DNA from: Vicugna vicugna
Taxonomy: Eukaryota
DNA length: 49,441 nucleotides
Reading direction: 5' to 3'
NCBI GenBank assembly: GCA_013265495.1
Contig: MU058045.1
Span: forward strand, 965,986 to 1,015,426
Shown here: one piece after another, positions 1-11,865 of the stretch
How positions within the stretch are numbered: the first letter of the stretch is position 1
Layout: each line of letters starts with the position of its first letter
Translations under genes and position numbers: made by a program
The notes under the pieces: model-generated
Databases searched by the model: none
What the model was told of the DNA's origin: nothing
What the model saw: only the letters and a program-made list of their open reading frames with translations

Positions 1-349
1 CCCCCAGCGGCCAGCACCGCCAGCGGTGGGCACCAGGGGCTGAAGCTGGAAGGGCTGCCACTGACGTTCCTGGAGAGTCAGTGTTGCTGCTGCCACCACT
101 GAAACAAGTTCTCCGTGCTCCCTCGTGTGCACTTGGTGCTGCCGGGGAGGCAGGGCGGTGCCAGCATTTGGCCCTTCTGGTCCTACCTCCTACCAAGACT
201 CCTCTCTTGTAAGAAATGGGTTCAGATGCTGAGCTGCTGAGAAACTAACTAGTGTCCACTGCAAGCTTCCGGCTCCACTGGGGGTTACTTGCCAAAGGTG
301 GACCTCTTCTCCTGGACTCCTGTGACTGGAGCTGCACGTCTCTGTACCT

Positions 350-508
350 GAGATGTGCTGTATGATCTGTGGGGCCCAATGAAAAATGAAAATACAGGGC
401 CTCTTGTTTAGAAATGATTAAGAATATCAAGATGGTGACAGCGTGGGGCCCACTAGGCCTGGGACCCTGTGTCACTGCTCAGGTCACTTGCCCATGAAGC
501 CAGCCCTG
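350..508 (-). mobile_element. MER91A-like hAT-Tip100 non-autonomous DNA transposon
   Basis: The reverse complement begins CAGGGCTGGCTTCATGGGC and contains GGCCCTGTATTTTCATTTTTCATTGGGCCCC, matching the recalled MER91A consensus. Confidence 0.7.
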
Positions 509-619
509 GCTTTCCCTTAATAGGGCCGTAATAGACCCCTGCGGGGTCTTGGGGCCTCTATAAGGCCGTACAGATGGATCCTGATTGGTCAGTGTTACTT
601 CCTTTTGTTTCCCACCCAC

Positions 620-720
620 AACTTGAGGTGAGATTATAATTATTCCCATTTTACAGCTAGAACAGATGAGGCTGGATACCAGTGGAGCTGTGATTCCAGC
701 CCAGGTCTTCGGACTGGAGT
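620..720 (-). mobile_element. MIR SINE fragment
   Basis: attattcccattttacag...gatgaggct is the reversed MIR core. Confidence 0.65.
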
Positions 721-974
721 TCCCCTTTCCCTCCACCATGTCACCCTGTGACCAGGAGCTCACTGTGCAGAGAGCTGTGTGTTCCCGGAAACGTGCACAG
801 CTCTCCTGGGGCATCATCTCCAGACTTGTTAATGTTGTGGGGAAAACACTGCTCAGTCAGTGTAAAGTAAGATTTGGTTGTTCACTTTCAAGAACTGCAT
901 TACAGGAAGGAAGGAGAGCAGTGCCCACCAGCCAGTAGCCAGGCCCCCACCACGCTATGCTGACTTAATTCAAA

Positions 975-1008
975 ACACACACACACACTTTGTTTTACCT
1001 ACAAGTAC

Positions 1009-1042
<34 letters not shown>
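975..1042. repeat. (AC)7 and (TG)16 microsatellites in inverted arrangement
   Basis: Read directly: AC run 975-988, TG run 1011-1042. Confidence 0.95.
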
Positions 1043-1048
<6 letters not shown>

Positions 1049-1049
1049 T

Positions 1050-1125
1050 GAGTGAGATGCCATGTAACCTTGAGCAAGTCATTTTCTCAGCTTTCCAGGG
1101 CTTCAGTTTTCTCATCTCTGAAAAT
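1050..1125 (+). mobile_element. MIR SINE fragment
   Basis: gtaaccttgagcaagtca...cttcagttttctcatctctgaaaat is the MIR core. Confidence 0.7.
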
Positions 1126-1160
1126 CTTTGACCTTCTTTCACAATATAGATTGTTAAAAG

Positions 1161-1282
1161 TTTTTTTATTTTATTTTATTTTAATTTGGGGGGTGGTAAT
1201 TAGGTTATTCATTTATTTTAATGGAGGTGCTGGGGATTGAACCCAGGACCCCGCACATGATAAGCACGCTCTCTCCCCTCCC
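1161..1282 (-). mobile_element. Camelid tRNA-derived SINE (Vic-1 type), A-box region deleted
   Basis: T-rich tail, ggtaattaggtt 3' segment and reversed B box ggggattgaacccagg are present; the agctcagtggt segment is missing. Confidence 0.85.
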
Positions 1283-3279
1283 TGCTCATAGCACAGGGCT
1301 GATGCCTCTCTGCCCCGCTCGCCCAGCAGGCACGTCTCATTCTTGCATTCCCACTCTTCCAGCTCCCTTTCTGCCCCTCGCTCTAGCCCTCAGTGTCCGC
1401 CTTGAGTCTCACCCCTTGAATGCCCAGCCTGTACCACCTGCCTGCTCGTACCAGAGCCGCCCCAGCATCTCTGCCATCAGCAAAATGCTCAGTACAGGCT
1501 CCCTCTGCTCACAGTGCTGGTCTGCGCATCTTAGAGTAACTGGCCTCTGCCTCCTGTATCCTCTCTCTCCCTTTCTCCCCAGCGCTGTGTCAGTGTCCTT
1601 CCCCTTCTCTGGGTCCCCGGGAGCCTGCTCGGTGCCTTCTCCAGAGGGGCGCTCACAAATCCTACCTTTCTTCTTGAAGTCTTCTCCACTGTCTATCTTT
1701 CTCCTTTTCTCCCCCTTTCTCAATTCCCTTCCCTTGACAGGACAAAATATGAAATGAAGGCTTTTTTAAAGAGTATTTATGATGTTTATAAAACATACAG
1801 TTATTTGACGTGTTTTTAATTTGAAAATCATAGCTCTCAAACAAATACAACTCTCTTTAAAAAGCTGTTATGAATGTAATTGTTTTTTATTGCTAGGTAG
1901 TCTTTAATTGATTTTTCCCCCTAAAGGTTTTTTTTTCTTCCTTATTTTAAACCCAAGGAAGGAGAAATTTCCAAGGGTTATTAGTTCATTTGCTGTTAGA
2001 AGGAATAATTGATCTGTCAACTCAAAGGATTTATAAGGATTTGGCTCACAGAATTCATGAAAGCAGTAGCATACGTTTAAGTTCTGCCTCAAAAGAAAAC
2101 ATTTCAGAAGGGGCTTCCCCTTACTTTTTGCAAGATAAAAATTAGCATCTCTCGAGTGATGAAAAGGCCCCCTGTTTTTTAAGATCTTCCCAATCTTAAG
2201 GGGCCACAGCTGCACCATTTACACCTATACTTGATATAATCGGATAAATATTTCAACCAAAAGAATGGATTATAAATAAATATTATAAACTTTGGAGTTT
2301 CTTCCAGCGGTCCCCTGCCCCCACCCCGCCCCGCCCCAGTATAGAGGAGTGGAACATAGCTAACATTTCTTCAACCTTAAATGGGGTTTAGCTTTTTCTT
2401 TTTTTCCTTTAAGCAAATGCACCCAAATTGGGCTTGGTTCACAAAGGAAAGACTGACTGCAGAGCTAACAGACCCATCATTAGCCATCCCTGCCCTCTCA
2501 AATGGCCTGTCCATTCCACTGCTCACAATATAGGACGGAGGCCGTAAACAAGGGATCCAAGGGAACTCTGGACAAGAAACATACAATGGGGTGGGATAAA
2601 TTTCTTTAGCATAAATAGCAGTCTCCAAGGGTGACTGGTGTGAATGGACTCCTGCTGTGAGGGTCTCTGTGCCTACAGAGGAGATCTGTGGCTTTAAGAG
2701 CTGTGGTCCCACCCCCTAGGCTGTGGAAGTGCTCAGTCTCCCCTGCTGGGCACCGTCCGAAGGCCCCCTGTGGGCCTCCTCTTTCCTTTCAAGCTGTGAG
2801 TCCTCAGGAACTTGGTGACAGCTCCTCTTTCATTCTGCTGTGCAAATCCTTGAGCTGTTCCTAGTGCTTTCAAAAGGAAAATATAAGACATTTTACTTAT
2901 TCTGTCCAGCAGGAGCATTGGAAGTCTGGTAAGACCCAGGGTTATTCTGGCAGTAAACCTGGGGGAGATCTTCCTTTCTGTAGTGACTCAAAACTCCCTG
3001 AGATGACCGGCAACCCACAGTTTATACTTCCTACATCCTTTACATCATGCCCTGTGGGGCAACATCTGCGTTCTGTTCCCTGGAGAACCTGCGTCCTGCT
3101 GGCTGGTGACTGGATAACCTAGTGCTAGTGGGATTACGTTTATCCAGTGGTACACGTCAATGGGTAATTTCTCAGCAGCCCTGAGCCAAAATGTTCAGGT
3201 TCCAGAGTAAATAATGGCTTTTAAAAGAATTAAATGGCGATATACACATTTTTTTTTTAATTCAGCCAGTGCTCAGCCT

Positions 3280-5640
3280 GGTCCATCCTTATCTCCTGTT
3301 CTGATCCCCAGAGTCAGTTGCTCTCAACCATCTTTGCTTGTCTTTCTCCAGGTGATTATGTGCATATTACTAAATGATACACACCGTTTTTTATTTCTCA
3401 ATTTTAGATATTACCTATTAATTTCATGACCTGACATACAGGTTTTCACTCACTCTATACATACCTCTTCTGTTTCTAATATCATTGTTTTTATTCCTCT
3501 ACATATTACTATTGTAACTTTCAGTAATATACTTAAATCTCTATTTTCCGTTCCATTGATTATAGACAGTATGTTTTTGCCTCACCTTTTTTCGTCCTCT
3601 TCTCATCGCATTGCCGTCCGCTTTGGTCAGGTGTTGATAATTTGCATTCCATTTTGACCACAATTAAGATTTCTATACTGTGGTTTTAGGTTGTTTCCAA
3701 GTTAAAAGCCAGAAAATAGCTTTCATATTGTTATGTGAATACTGTGCACTGAAAAACCAAGAAGTGCACTATGGTTGATTATATTTCCACCTCTAATTCC
3801 TAACTCATAATCCCTGTGTTAGTCAAAGGAGAATGTGCAAATCGATTCTCTTTTCTTACATTCCATCATTGGTTTAAAACCATGCCACATTTCAGTTTTC
3901 TAACATTTTTTGTTTTGGTTATTTTTGTAATTTCTCTGACTGTTTTTTTTGTTTTCTTCTTCTTGGGGGAAGGAGCATGTCTTTTTCACCATACCCCTGA
4001 TATCTTTTGAAGCCATTCCATTCTTCAATAAGCCCACCAACTTCCTATTTTAATATGCTTATTCTAAATTACTTCTTAATGTATACCAAAGAAATTTATA
4101 CTGCCTTCTGTATTTCTTGGAGTTTCTAATTGCCTTTCTTTTTCCCTTACATTTTTTTCCCCTTTATTTTGCCTTGAAGTTTTTCTAAACGGAGTCTCCC
4201 TTTTTTCCTGGAAACCTACGTCCTCAAACCCCCAGGCTTCCCGTTCCAGTTTGGATGGTGTTATGACTCTGTAAGTAGTGTCTACTGCTGGATTGAAAGG
4301 GATGCTATTGCTCTATTTTCTATTTTCTGTAACTTCTTTATTTCCCAGGTAGTTGGCAATTCTCTTTTTTCTTTTGTTCAGTTTTCAATGCACTTGTGGA
4401 CAATTCTTCCCAGGATATCAACATCTCTTTAAAATGCCTCAGCGTAGTAATGTACACATGGGAAAATTCATAAGATAATGTCTCAATGATTTTATTTATT
4501 TTGGTTTGTTTGTTGTATACTTTTTGTTTGTTGGTTTCCCTGGAGGTTTTCCTTCTAGACCCTCTTTCTGCCTCAATAAGCTGGGTTATATGTATTTTTT
4601 TTCCTGTACTTTTTGCACTGTTTGTCATCGTGGTATTTCTGTTTGTTGTTATTCTGTGTGCTTATACTGTTTCCCTCACCTCTCTTTCTCAAAAATTTCA
4701 GCCCTCATTTTGCTGAACAATATCTTTAGCTTTCTAGGAAAGGGGGCAAAAGTGGTCTGCCTTATGAATTCTCATGCGTGAAAATGCCTTATTCCATCTT
4801 TATGCTCAATTGGTAGCATGACTGGGTGTGGAATTCTAAATTACAAATTACTTTCCTTCAGAATTTGCCTTAATGTCTAATAAATGTCTGGTATCAATGT
4901 TCCTGATGAAAAATCCACCCCATTCTGATTCTTGTTCCTTTGTTTGTGACCTGTTTTTATTTATCTTGTCATTGACATAGTGTTTGTTTCTTACTCAGGA
5001 AGCTTTCAGTGTCTTTTATTGTTGCTGTCAGAACAACAGAACAATATATTTGGTTGTGGGTCTTTTAATTTGTAAAAACTCTTCCTTATTCTTAAGTTTT
5101 CCTTTTTTGTTGTTGTTGCTAGATTCTCTTCTTGTTTTGATGGGTACAATATTTCCCCAAAGTCTCTTCAAGAATACTAACTAGAGTCTTTTGTCGTATT
5201 GTTTTATGAGGGGGAGGTAAGTAGGTTTACTCACTGATTTCCACTTGGAGGAGAAACTGGGGATTGAACCCAGGGCCTCTTGGGTACTGAGCGTGCACTC
5301 TACCGCTTGAGCTATACCCTTCCCCCAAGTCTTTTGTCATATCGTGTTTAGTTTTTAAGTTCTCTTCTTTTATCAGAATTATCTCTGTATCCTCTAGGGT
5401 CAGTTTTTCTATTGATTCATCTGTGCTTTTTATGTCATGCTACGAGCTTTGCTTAAATGCTTGATGAATCTTGGAGATGAATTCGCATGGCCTGTTTTCG
5501 GTTCCGTTTCTCACTCTTGCTTGCTGGCTCTCAGTCTGGAGCCTCTCAGGAGCTGCGCTCAGGGCTGGCCCCTCCGTGCGTGTTTTCCAAGCCCCAGCCT
5601 CTCCTCTGTTTGGGTAGTTGACCCCACCTGATTTGTGGAA
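3280..5640 (-). mobile_element. Old HAL1/L1M-type LINE remnant
   Basis: Long T-rich decayed tract with HAL1/L1ME-like motifs (caattttagatattacctatt; ggaattctaaattacaaattactttccttcagaattt; attctgattcttgttcctttg), similar to 23960-26530. Confidence 0.6.
5201..5326 (-). mobile_element. Camelid tRNA-derived SINE (Vic-1 type) with TSD
   Basis: Reversed head ctctaccgcttgagctatacccttcccc and B box are present; flanking direct repeat agtcttttgtc(g/a)tat at ~5185 and ~5328. Confidence 0.9.
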
Positions 5641-6034
5641 GCCGCTCTTTCACCCGTGGTCCCTCTCCAGTCCTCATCATTGTTACAGTTCCTCTCCCCA
5701 AATACATCATGCAGAGATCTTGTAGGTAGACATCCTTAGTAAGATAGAGGGGCCCTGAGAGCGCCCCTCCACATCTGGGACTCACGTCAGCAAGTATTCT
5801 TTGAGTGTGTCCCACAATAGGCATTGTAGGATAAATACAGGTGTAAAGATGTATTCCCGACCTCATAATCTAGTGAGGAGCCTGTAGTTTTAGGTAGAGC
5901 AAGGTCCAGGATTATGGGCATTTTCAGATGTTTTGCATTTTGGTGGGAACAAGCCTCAGAGGCTTAACAAGCCTGGCAATCCTTTGCCTCCTTGGGAATC
6001 ATCAAATGATAGAGTGAAGGGCGTATGATAACTC

Positions 6035-6200
6035 ACTCACTTTTCATTCATCAAAGTTTTTTTAGAGTGTGAGAGACTGTCCTAGAAGCGGAGAAGAACA
6101 CAGATCAGGTGTATACTCTGCCTCAGGGAGAGATAAGACGTGTATCTAAGTAACTCTTCAATACAAGGCCAAGTAAGATAAATGGAGTAAGAGGAATACA
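6035..6200 (-). mobile_element. L2 3' end fragment
   Basis: cactcacttttcattcatc followed by ctgtcctagaagc...ctctgcctcagggg is typical of a reversed L2 tail. Confidence 0.5.
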
Positions 6201-6235
6201 GGTAAAACGTTATAGGAATTCAAAGTAAAGCGAGA

Positions 6236-6354
6236 GGGGAGGGCATAGCTCAGTGGTAGAGCGAGTGCTTAGCATGCACAAGGTCCTGGGTTCAATCCCC
6301 AGTACCTCCATCAAATAAATAAATAAATAAGTAAATAAATAAATAAATAAATTT
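6236..6354 (+). mobile_element. Camelid tRNA-Ala-derived SINE (Vic-1 type)
   Basis: A box tagctcagtgg, AGC anticodon arm gtgc-ttagcat-gcac, B box ggttcaatcc, (AAAT)n tail; imperfect TSD aaagtaaagcgaga / aaagataaaaggaga. Confidence 0.93.
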
Positions 6355-6370
6355 AAAAGATAAAAGGAGA

Positions 6371-7286
6371 GATTGCTTCTTACAACTATGTGCATGTAAT
6401 GAAATAAATTAAAATAGGCTCATTGAAAAATGTCTCACTGAAAGACAGAACAGACTTAGATGAGTGGAGGTAAACAGGAGAGGAAGTTACTTGGATGAGC
6501 CTGGAGTACAAGGAGAAATTCATCTTGACTGGAGCCAGGATTTTGGAGATGCTCTTAATAAACAAGTCATTGTGAAGTAATACTGCCCTTTCCTGGAGCA
6601 CGGCTTCTAGCAGTGGCTTAATTGAAGCATACATTTCCTCTGGCAACACCTTGTTCAGTTGAGGTGCTTAATTCAGTTCCATGAGCTTAATACCTCAGAA
6701 CCATTGAAATACAGCACCCCCCACCCGCCCCCGATTCTCTCATTCCACACAGGGAAACCCACACCAGGTCACGTCGGCGTCTCGCTTCCAGCCTCCCCAC
6801 TGCCGTCTCTGACAGATAAAAAAAAAAAAAGATAAAAGATTGCTTCTTACAACTATGTGCATGTAATGAAATAAATTAAAATAGGCTCATTGAAAAATGT
6901 CTCACTGAAAGACAGAACAGACTTAGATGAGTGGAGGTAAACAGGAGAGGAAGTTACTTGGATGAGCCTGGAGTACAAGGAGAAATTCATCTTGACTGGA
7001 GCCAGGATTTTGGAGATGCTCTTAATAAACAAGTCATTGTGAAGTAATACTGCCCTTTCCTGGAGCACGGCTTCTAGCAGTGGCTTAATTGAAGCATACA
7101 TTTCCTCTGGCAACACCTTGTTCAGTTGAGGTGCTTAATTCAGTTCCATGAGCTTAATACCTCAGAACCATTGAAATACAGCACCCCCCACCCGCCCCCG
7201 ATTCTCTCATTCCACACAGGGAAACCCACACCAGGTCACGTCGGCGTCTCGCTTCCAGCCTCCCCACTGCCGTCTCTGACAGATAA
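6371..7286. repeat. Tandem duplication, two 449 bp copies (6371-6819 and 6838-7286), period 467 bp
   Basis: Copies look identical by eye; identical 87 aa ORFs at 6386 and 6853 (offset 467); junction is an A-run plus GATAAAA. Confidence 0.97.
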
Positions 7287-8261
7287 TTTCGATTGGCCTC
7301 CTCACCACCCGCTTCAGCCCCCTCCTCACTCTCCTCCTTGAATTGCAGAGGTTGGCGAGTTAAGAGGCTCATTTCTCAGACTCCTTGCCACAGAGATTCC
7401 GCACATGGCCTGGCTTCTGCCTTCAAAGACTCGGGTCTAGAAGTGACCAGTGTGTGGTGTTAGCGAAGCACGGGGGCGTGAGATCGTCTGCTGGGGGTGG
7501 GCGTTGCGAGGGTTTGGCTGTTTTGAGGGGCTCAGCAAAGACTCGAGCGCCTAGTTCCTGTTGTCAGTGTCCTGTGTGACACGTGGCAGGCAGCCACGGC
7601 AGTGGTGCTGAACTGCCCTCTTGTGTGGGCGGCTCTGTCGGTCCTGGTTGTGTATCCTCCACATCCGGGTCTCTGTGCTGAAGATTTGGTAAGCTCCCAG
7701 TACTTTTGGGGGGAAAAATATGTTCTTTTGCCTAAACTGGCGACAATGGATGTCGTCATCAACAGCGGAAACCCCACTGATGCGAGGGGTTTGGACTTTC
7801 CTGTCGCCCGCCCATGTTCCTCGAGGACTTGGACACTCGATTCCCAGCTGTCTCTCACTCTTCTTCCTGCAACCCGGCCAGAGTGTGAAAGCTCCTGCCG
7901 ACGTTCCAGCTCCACCTTTTCTCCATCTCTGTGGCCACAGCCCGAAGTTCACATATCTGGAACTGAATCACATCTAAAGTTCCTCTGACTGCAGCCTCCT
8001 CTCACCCCACTTTCCCACTGTGCTCAGACCTACTTTTGAAATTCAGAGAGACCTTCAGTCTCATCCTCCTCCTCTGGTCTAACAACTATCCTCCCCTGGA
8101 AGCCCCTCCCCAGTGGGGATTCGTTTCAACTACACTCCTGCCAGTGCTCAATCTTCTCACCCTTTGGACCTACCTGTGCATTTATTGTCTCTTATGATAA
8201 CCTTTAAAGGGTGCTGTGCTGGCCTAGACCCCCCACTGCATATTTAGTAATAAGAGCATGC

Positions 8262-8490
8262 TGATTAATGCTTACAAAGTGCTTACCATGTTCCAGGCAC
8301 TGTGCCAAACACTTTAATATAGCAGCTCTTGGAATCCTCACATCAATCCAATGAGATGGGGATGTTTCACATCCACATGTACAGATGAAGAAACTGAAGC
8401 ACAGAAAGGTTAAGTGATTTGCACAAGGCCACACAGCGAGTAAATGGTTGAGCTGGGATTCAAACTGTCCGTGTTCACAATAGCCACACT
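8262..8490 (-). mobile_element. MIR SINE, near full length
   Basis: gtgcttaccatgttccaggcactgtgc...acagatgaagaaactgaagcacagaaaggttaagtgatttgcacaagg...gggattcaaac. Confidence 0.9.
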
Positions 8491-8929
8491 CTGTATTCCC
8501 TTAGTTCTATTTTAAGGATGCAAGGATATCCATGCATCTCTGCATGGATATAAAAACATTTTTCTATTTAACCACAGATGTGATTAATATCTCAATGTTA
8601 CTATCACAAACTGTGGTTTCTAAAAGCTGCACTTCATCAATATATCTGCCAGGTTTTTTTTTTTTTATGAAAACATTTCCGTTTTCTCTCCCATGTTATT
8701 TCCTTGCTTTGCATTCTGAGTCTCGATTCTGTTGTGAAATACAGTGTCCTACTGTTGCAGATAAGTATTTCAGGAAGCTGTTGAATAGCTCGGGTGATGG
8801 ATGTTCTATACTGCCCTACTGTCTCCCTTTCTTTCAAAATGGCAATTCTGTTACATCCAGTAATGTGTACGCTTACAACTGAAGCACAGCAGTTTGAGAT
8901 ATCAACTTTCCTCTGCTGTCTTCCAAGAT

Positions 8930-9062
8930 AAGTCTGGTGTAGTATGATTAGTCTTTGGGTTCCAAAATCAGTGGAAATTTGAATCCCAGCTCAAGTGCTG
9001 AGACCTTGGGCAGGTTACTTAACCTCTCCAAGCTCCAGGTGTTTTGTCTGTGAAAATGGAGG
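8930..9062 (+). mobile_element. MIR SINE fragment
   Basis: ttgaatcccagctc...gaccttgggcaggttacttaacctctc...tctgtgaaaatgg. Confidence 0.8.
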
Positions 9063-11334
9063 CAGCCATACAGTACATTGCATGTGAACAGACGGCCATG
9101 GTACACCACCCCTTTAACACGCCCCGTCGAGCCCACACAGTTAATCCCAGCACATCATATCCCACTCTTCCCCACAAACAAGCACGTACCCACTGCACTT
9201 GCACATAACAGCTTGACGAAGTTTGATAAACTATGGCGTTCACTGAGGGTTTCATCCTGAGACAAAGAAATAGGTTACATTGTATTCTACAAAGAATCTT
9301 CCCTTAAAAAAGAAAAAAAGGAGGCACTGCTTTGTCATCCACTGCTCTTTCCCCAGAAGCCCCCTTTGGCTCGTCGGTCCTCGCCCTCCTGGCCCACCCC
9401 AGCTCAGGCAGAATCTCTGCAGTTCTTCTGCTCCATCTGACAGGTGGCAGGAAACCTAAATTCCTGGGAGCCAGTGACTATTCACTTAGCAGAGAAGCAG
9501 CAGTATTTCATACAATTACATTATTTCACTCTAAGCTTGACTTAGAGAGTTAACAGTTCCTCGACTATTTCCAAGAGGAGAGATGGGGGAGTGCACTGCC
9601 GTGTGTTGGAACGCCTCCGGTGGCCGCGGTGCTCCTCAAAGGGAAGTGTCACGCTTGTTTATCCTGGCTGTTCGCAGTTCAGTTGCTGGAAGCAGCAAGT
9701 CAACATTGATACTAACAGCCTCAAAGTTCTCTTATTTAGACTTTGATTATCATTGGTTGGTTGGTTGGTTTTTCTCTTCTGCCAGAGAATAAGGGCTCAT
9801 TTTCTGTCTCCGGCTCATGGTTACATTTATTTACATCACTTTCCTAGGCATTTTTTCTGAAACATCACTTCAGGCTATTGGTCAATTTGACTTAATCATA
9901 GTCAACTTGACTATTGACTAATGTGTGCTGTAAGGAATACTTCCAATGGGGAAGATATTTTGTCTCGATAGACTTGAATGTGGCTATTCATGGTTACTAA
10001 TTGAATATGAAATAAATTCTATTGATATGGAGTTTATGAAGTTACTACTGCAAGGAGGTCAGGGAGGCCATATTTTCCTAGAGTAACCATTTTATTGACT
10101 TTAGTGTTTGCACCTCTCCTATTATGGAAGTTTGTGAAAATCTTACACGTCCGATATCCTACCCCCGAATTCCTTTCATTTGCCTCATATATGGCGAAGC
10201 TCATCCATCAAAACTAAAGAACTCACTGTTTGGCAAGTTAAATGAAAATCCAGTGGAATAGGAGTGTTTATTGCTTCCACAGAAGGTTCTGCATTGTAGA
10301 TTATCCAGGAGCCAGTAATGAATGTGTACTATCAGGGGCCAGGGATTTCGGGGGATGAATTTCCCAGGGTTTAATCATTTCATAAGGCCTCTGAGTGTGA
10401 CTTTTTCCCCAATAATCTACTTATCTCAGTAATTTACCCCTCCTACTGCATTGCGAGGAAAATGAGTCTCCCAGGTTGTTTGCATGTTAAGTAGCTGGGA
10501 ATTGTGTAAGCCTTTCAAGCAGCAGCCCTGAGTTAATTGTAGCAGCCTGAGCTAATGGTTTCCCATGTTAGCTGGCAGGTTAAGTGAAGAAGCGGGCTTG
10601 AAAACACCCTTTATCACAAGGACCACGCATTTGAAAAGCTGAAATCTTAAAAATGTTTCTTCATGGAAGACATTTTCCCTTGCATTACAAAGGGGTGAGA
10701 AGAATGTCCTTCCAGAGATAGGACTAGCAGTTTTGCAAAGAACTCTGGATGCTGGCTACTCAGAGGGGCTTGGGAGGTTTTTGTTTTTGTTTTTGTTTTT
10801 CCAGTGGATCACGCTAATTTGCCCCCACCCCTTCCTTTTTAGTTAAGTCAGAACTGGAGAAGAAACTGCTCATTGCAAGCAAACAATTAGAAAAATCTCT
10901 TGGGGAAAAAAATAAAATATGCTTCCTAATGTTTTCTGATTGTATTGTTTTAGGTTTATTTCACATTTAACCCTTAAAGTTTTAATTACTGTAACGTGTC
11001 AACTACCAAGTACGAAACGGATTTTCTATTTAGGAAAAAGATTAGAATACAGTTTGCTTTGAAAGCAGACTAGGCTGTTCTGCACGGTATCCTTAGGGGA
11101 CCGGGAAGGTTGCATGCAGTCTCTCCGAAGGTCTGGAAGTACGCTGAGGTTGAATCAAAGGTGGGTCAGAACAAAGATACTGTTTCCCACATTACATAAT
11201 TACGAAAACTACACACCTACAGGAAGTTTAGACAGAGGAGAGCAGGTTCCTGCTGGCAAGGCTGCGGAAAAGGGAAGAACCAGGAACCCCCACTGCGATT
11301 TCTCTGCGCGCCCCCTGTGCTCGGTCAGCGTCCT

Positions 11335-11610
11335 CCCATCCTTAGACCTCTGCTCAGACGTCGCTTCCTCAGGAAGCCCTCTCTAATCCCCAGACTAGGG
11401 AGTCTTGTGCACTCTACGTCTTCCCTTTATATCATTGTCACAGTTGTAATTGCCCGTTGTTTGCATGGTCCAACTATTATCTCTTTTGCTCTGCCAAGTT
11501 TAGCCTCCCGTGAGTACATAAGGGCCTTGTCTGGTTTGTACATACCATGATAATCTCAGAATCTGAATTCTCAGAAAATATTTGCTGAATGAATGGCTGG
11601 ATGAATGAGA
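11335..11610 (+). mobile_element. L2 3' end
   Basis: cttcctcaggaagccctctcta...aaatatttgctgaatgaatgg terminal motif. Confidence 0.8.
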
Positions 11611-11865
11611 GTGTATTTGTTAGAAGTATTTCAGTGAAGGAGATCGGGGTGAGTTCGTGGGTTAACTGAGGACTGCGCAGGGAGAATTTAAGAGGCTTGT
11701 TAGAAGGAAGAGAGAAAGAGGAAGAAAAGAATCACAAACCTCGAAAGTATAAAGACGCTTGGGAGCAAACGTGTGTGTGCCACGTAGTCCATGAATAAAC
11801 TGGCCTTGGGATGTAAAAGTGAGAAAAGAATGAATTTGGAGTGGTGTTTCTAAGAAACAGGTGAC

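Noticed and set aside
4486..4781. Hydrophobic membrane-protein-like ORFs (also 24774-25160 and 41339-41638)
   Set aside because: F/L/V richness results from translating T-rich antisense LINE or AT-rich sequence.
6239..6310. tRNA-Ala(AGC) gene
   Set aside because: The acceptor stem has mismatches, an (AAAT)n tail and TSD follow instead of a T-run terminator, and five diverged relatives occur in the window. It is a SINE head.
6386..7116. Two identical 87 aa ORFs as a duplicated gene
   Set aside because: Non-ATG start and no recognisable domain; the identity simply reflects the DNA duplication.
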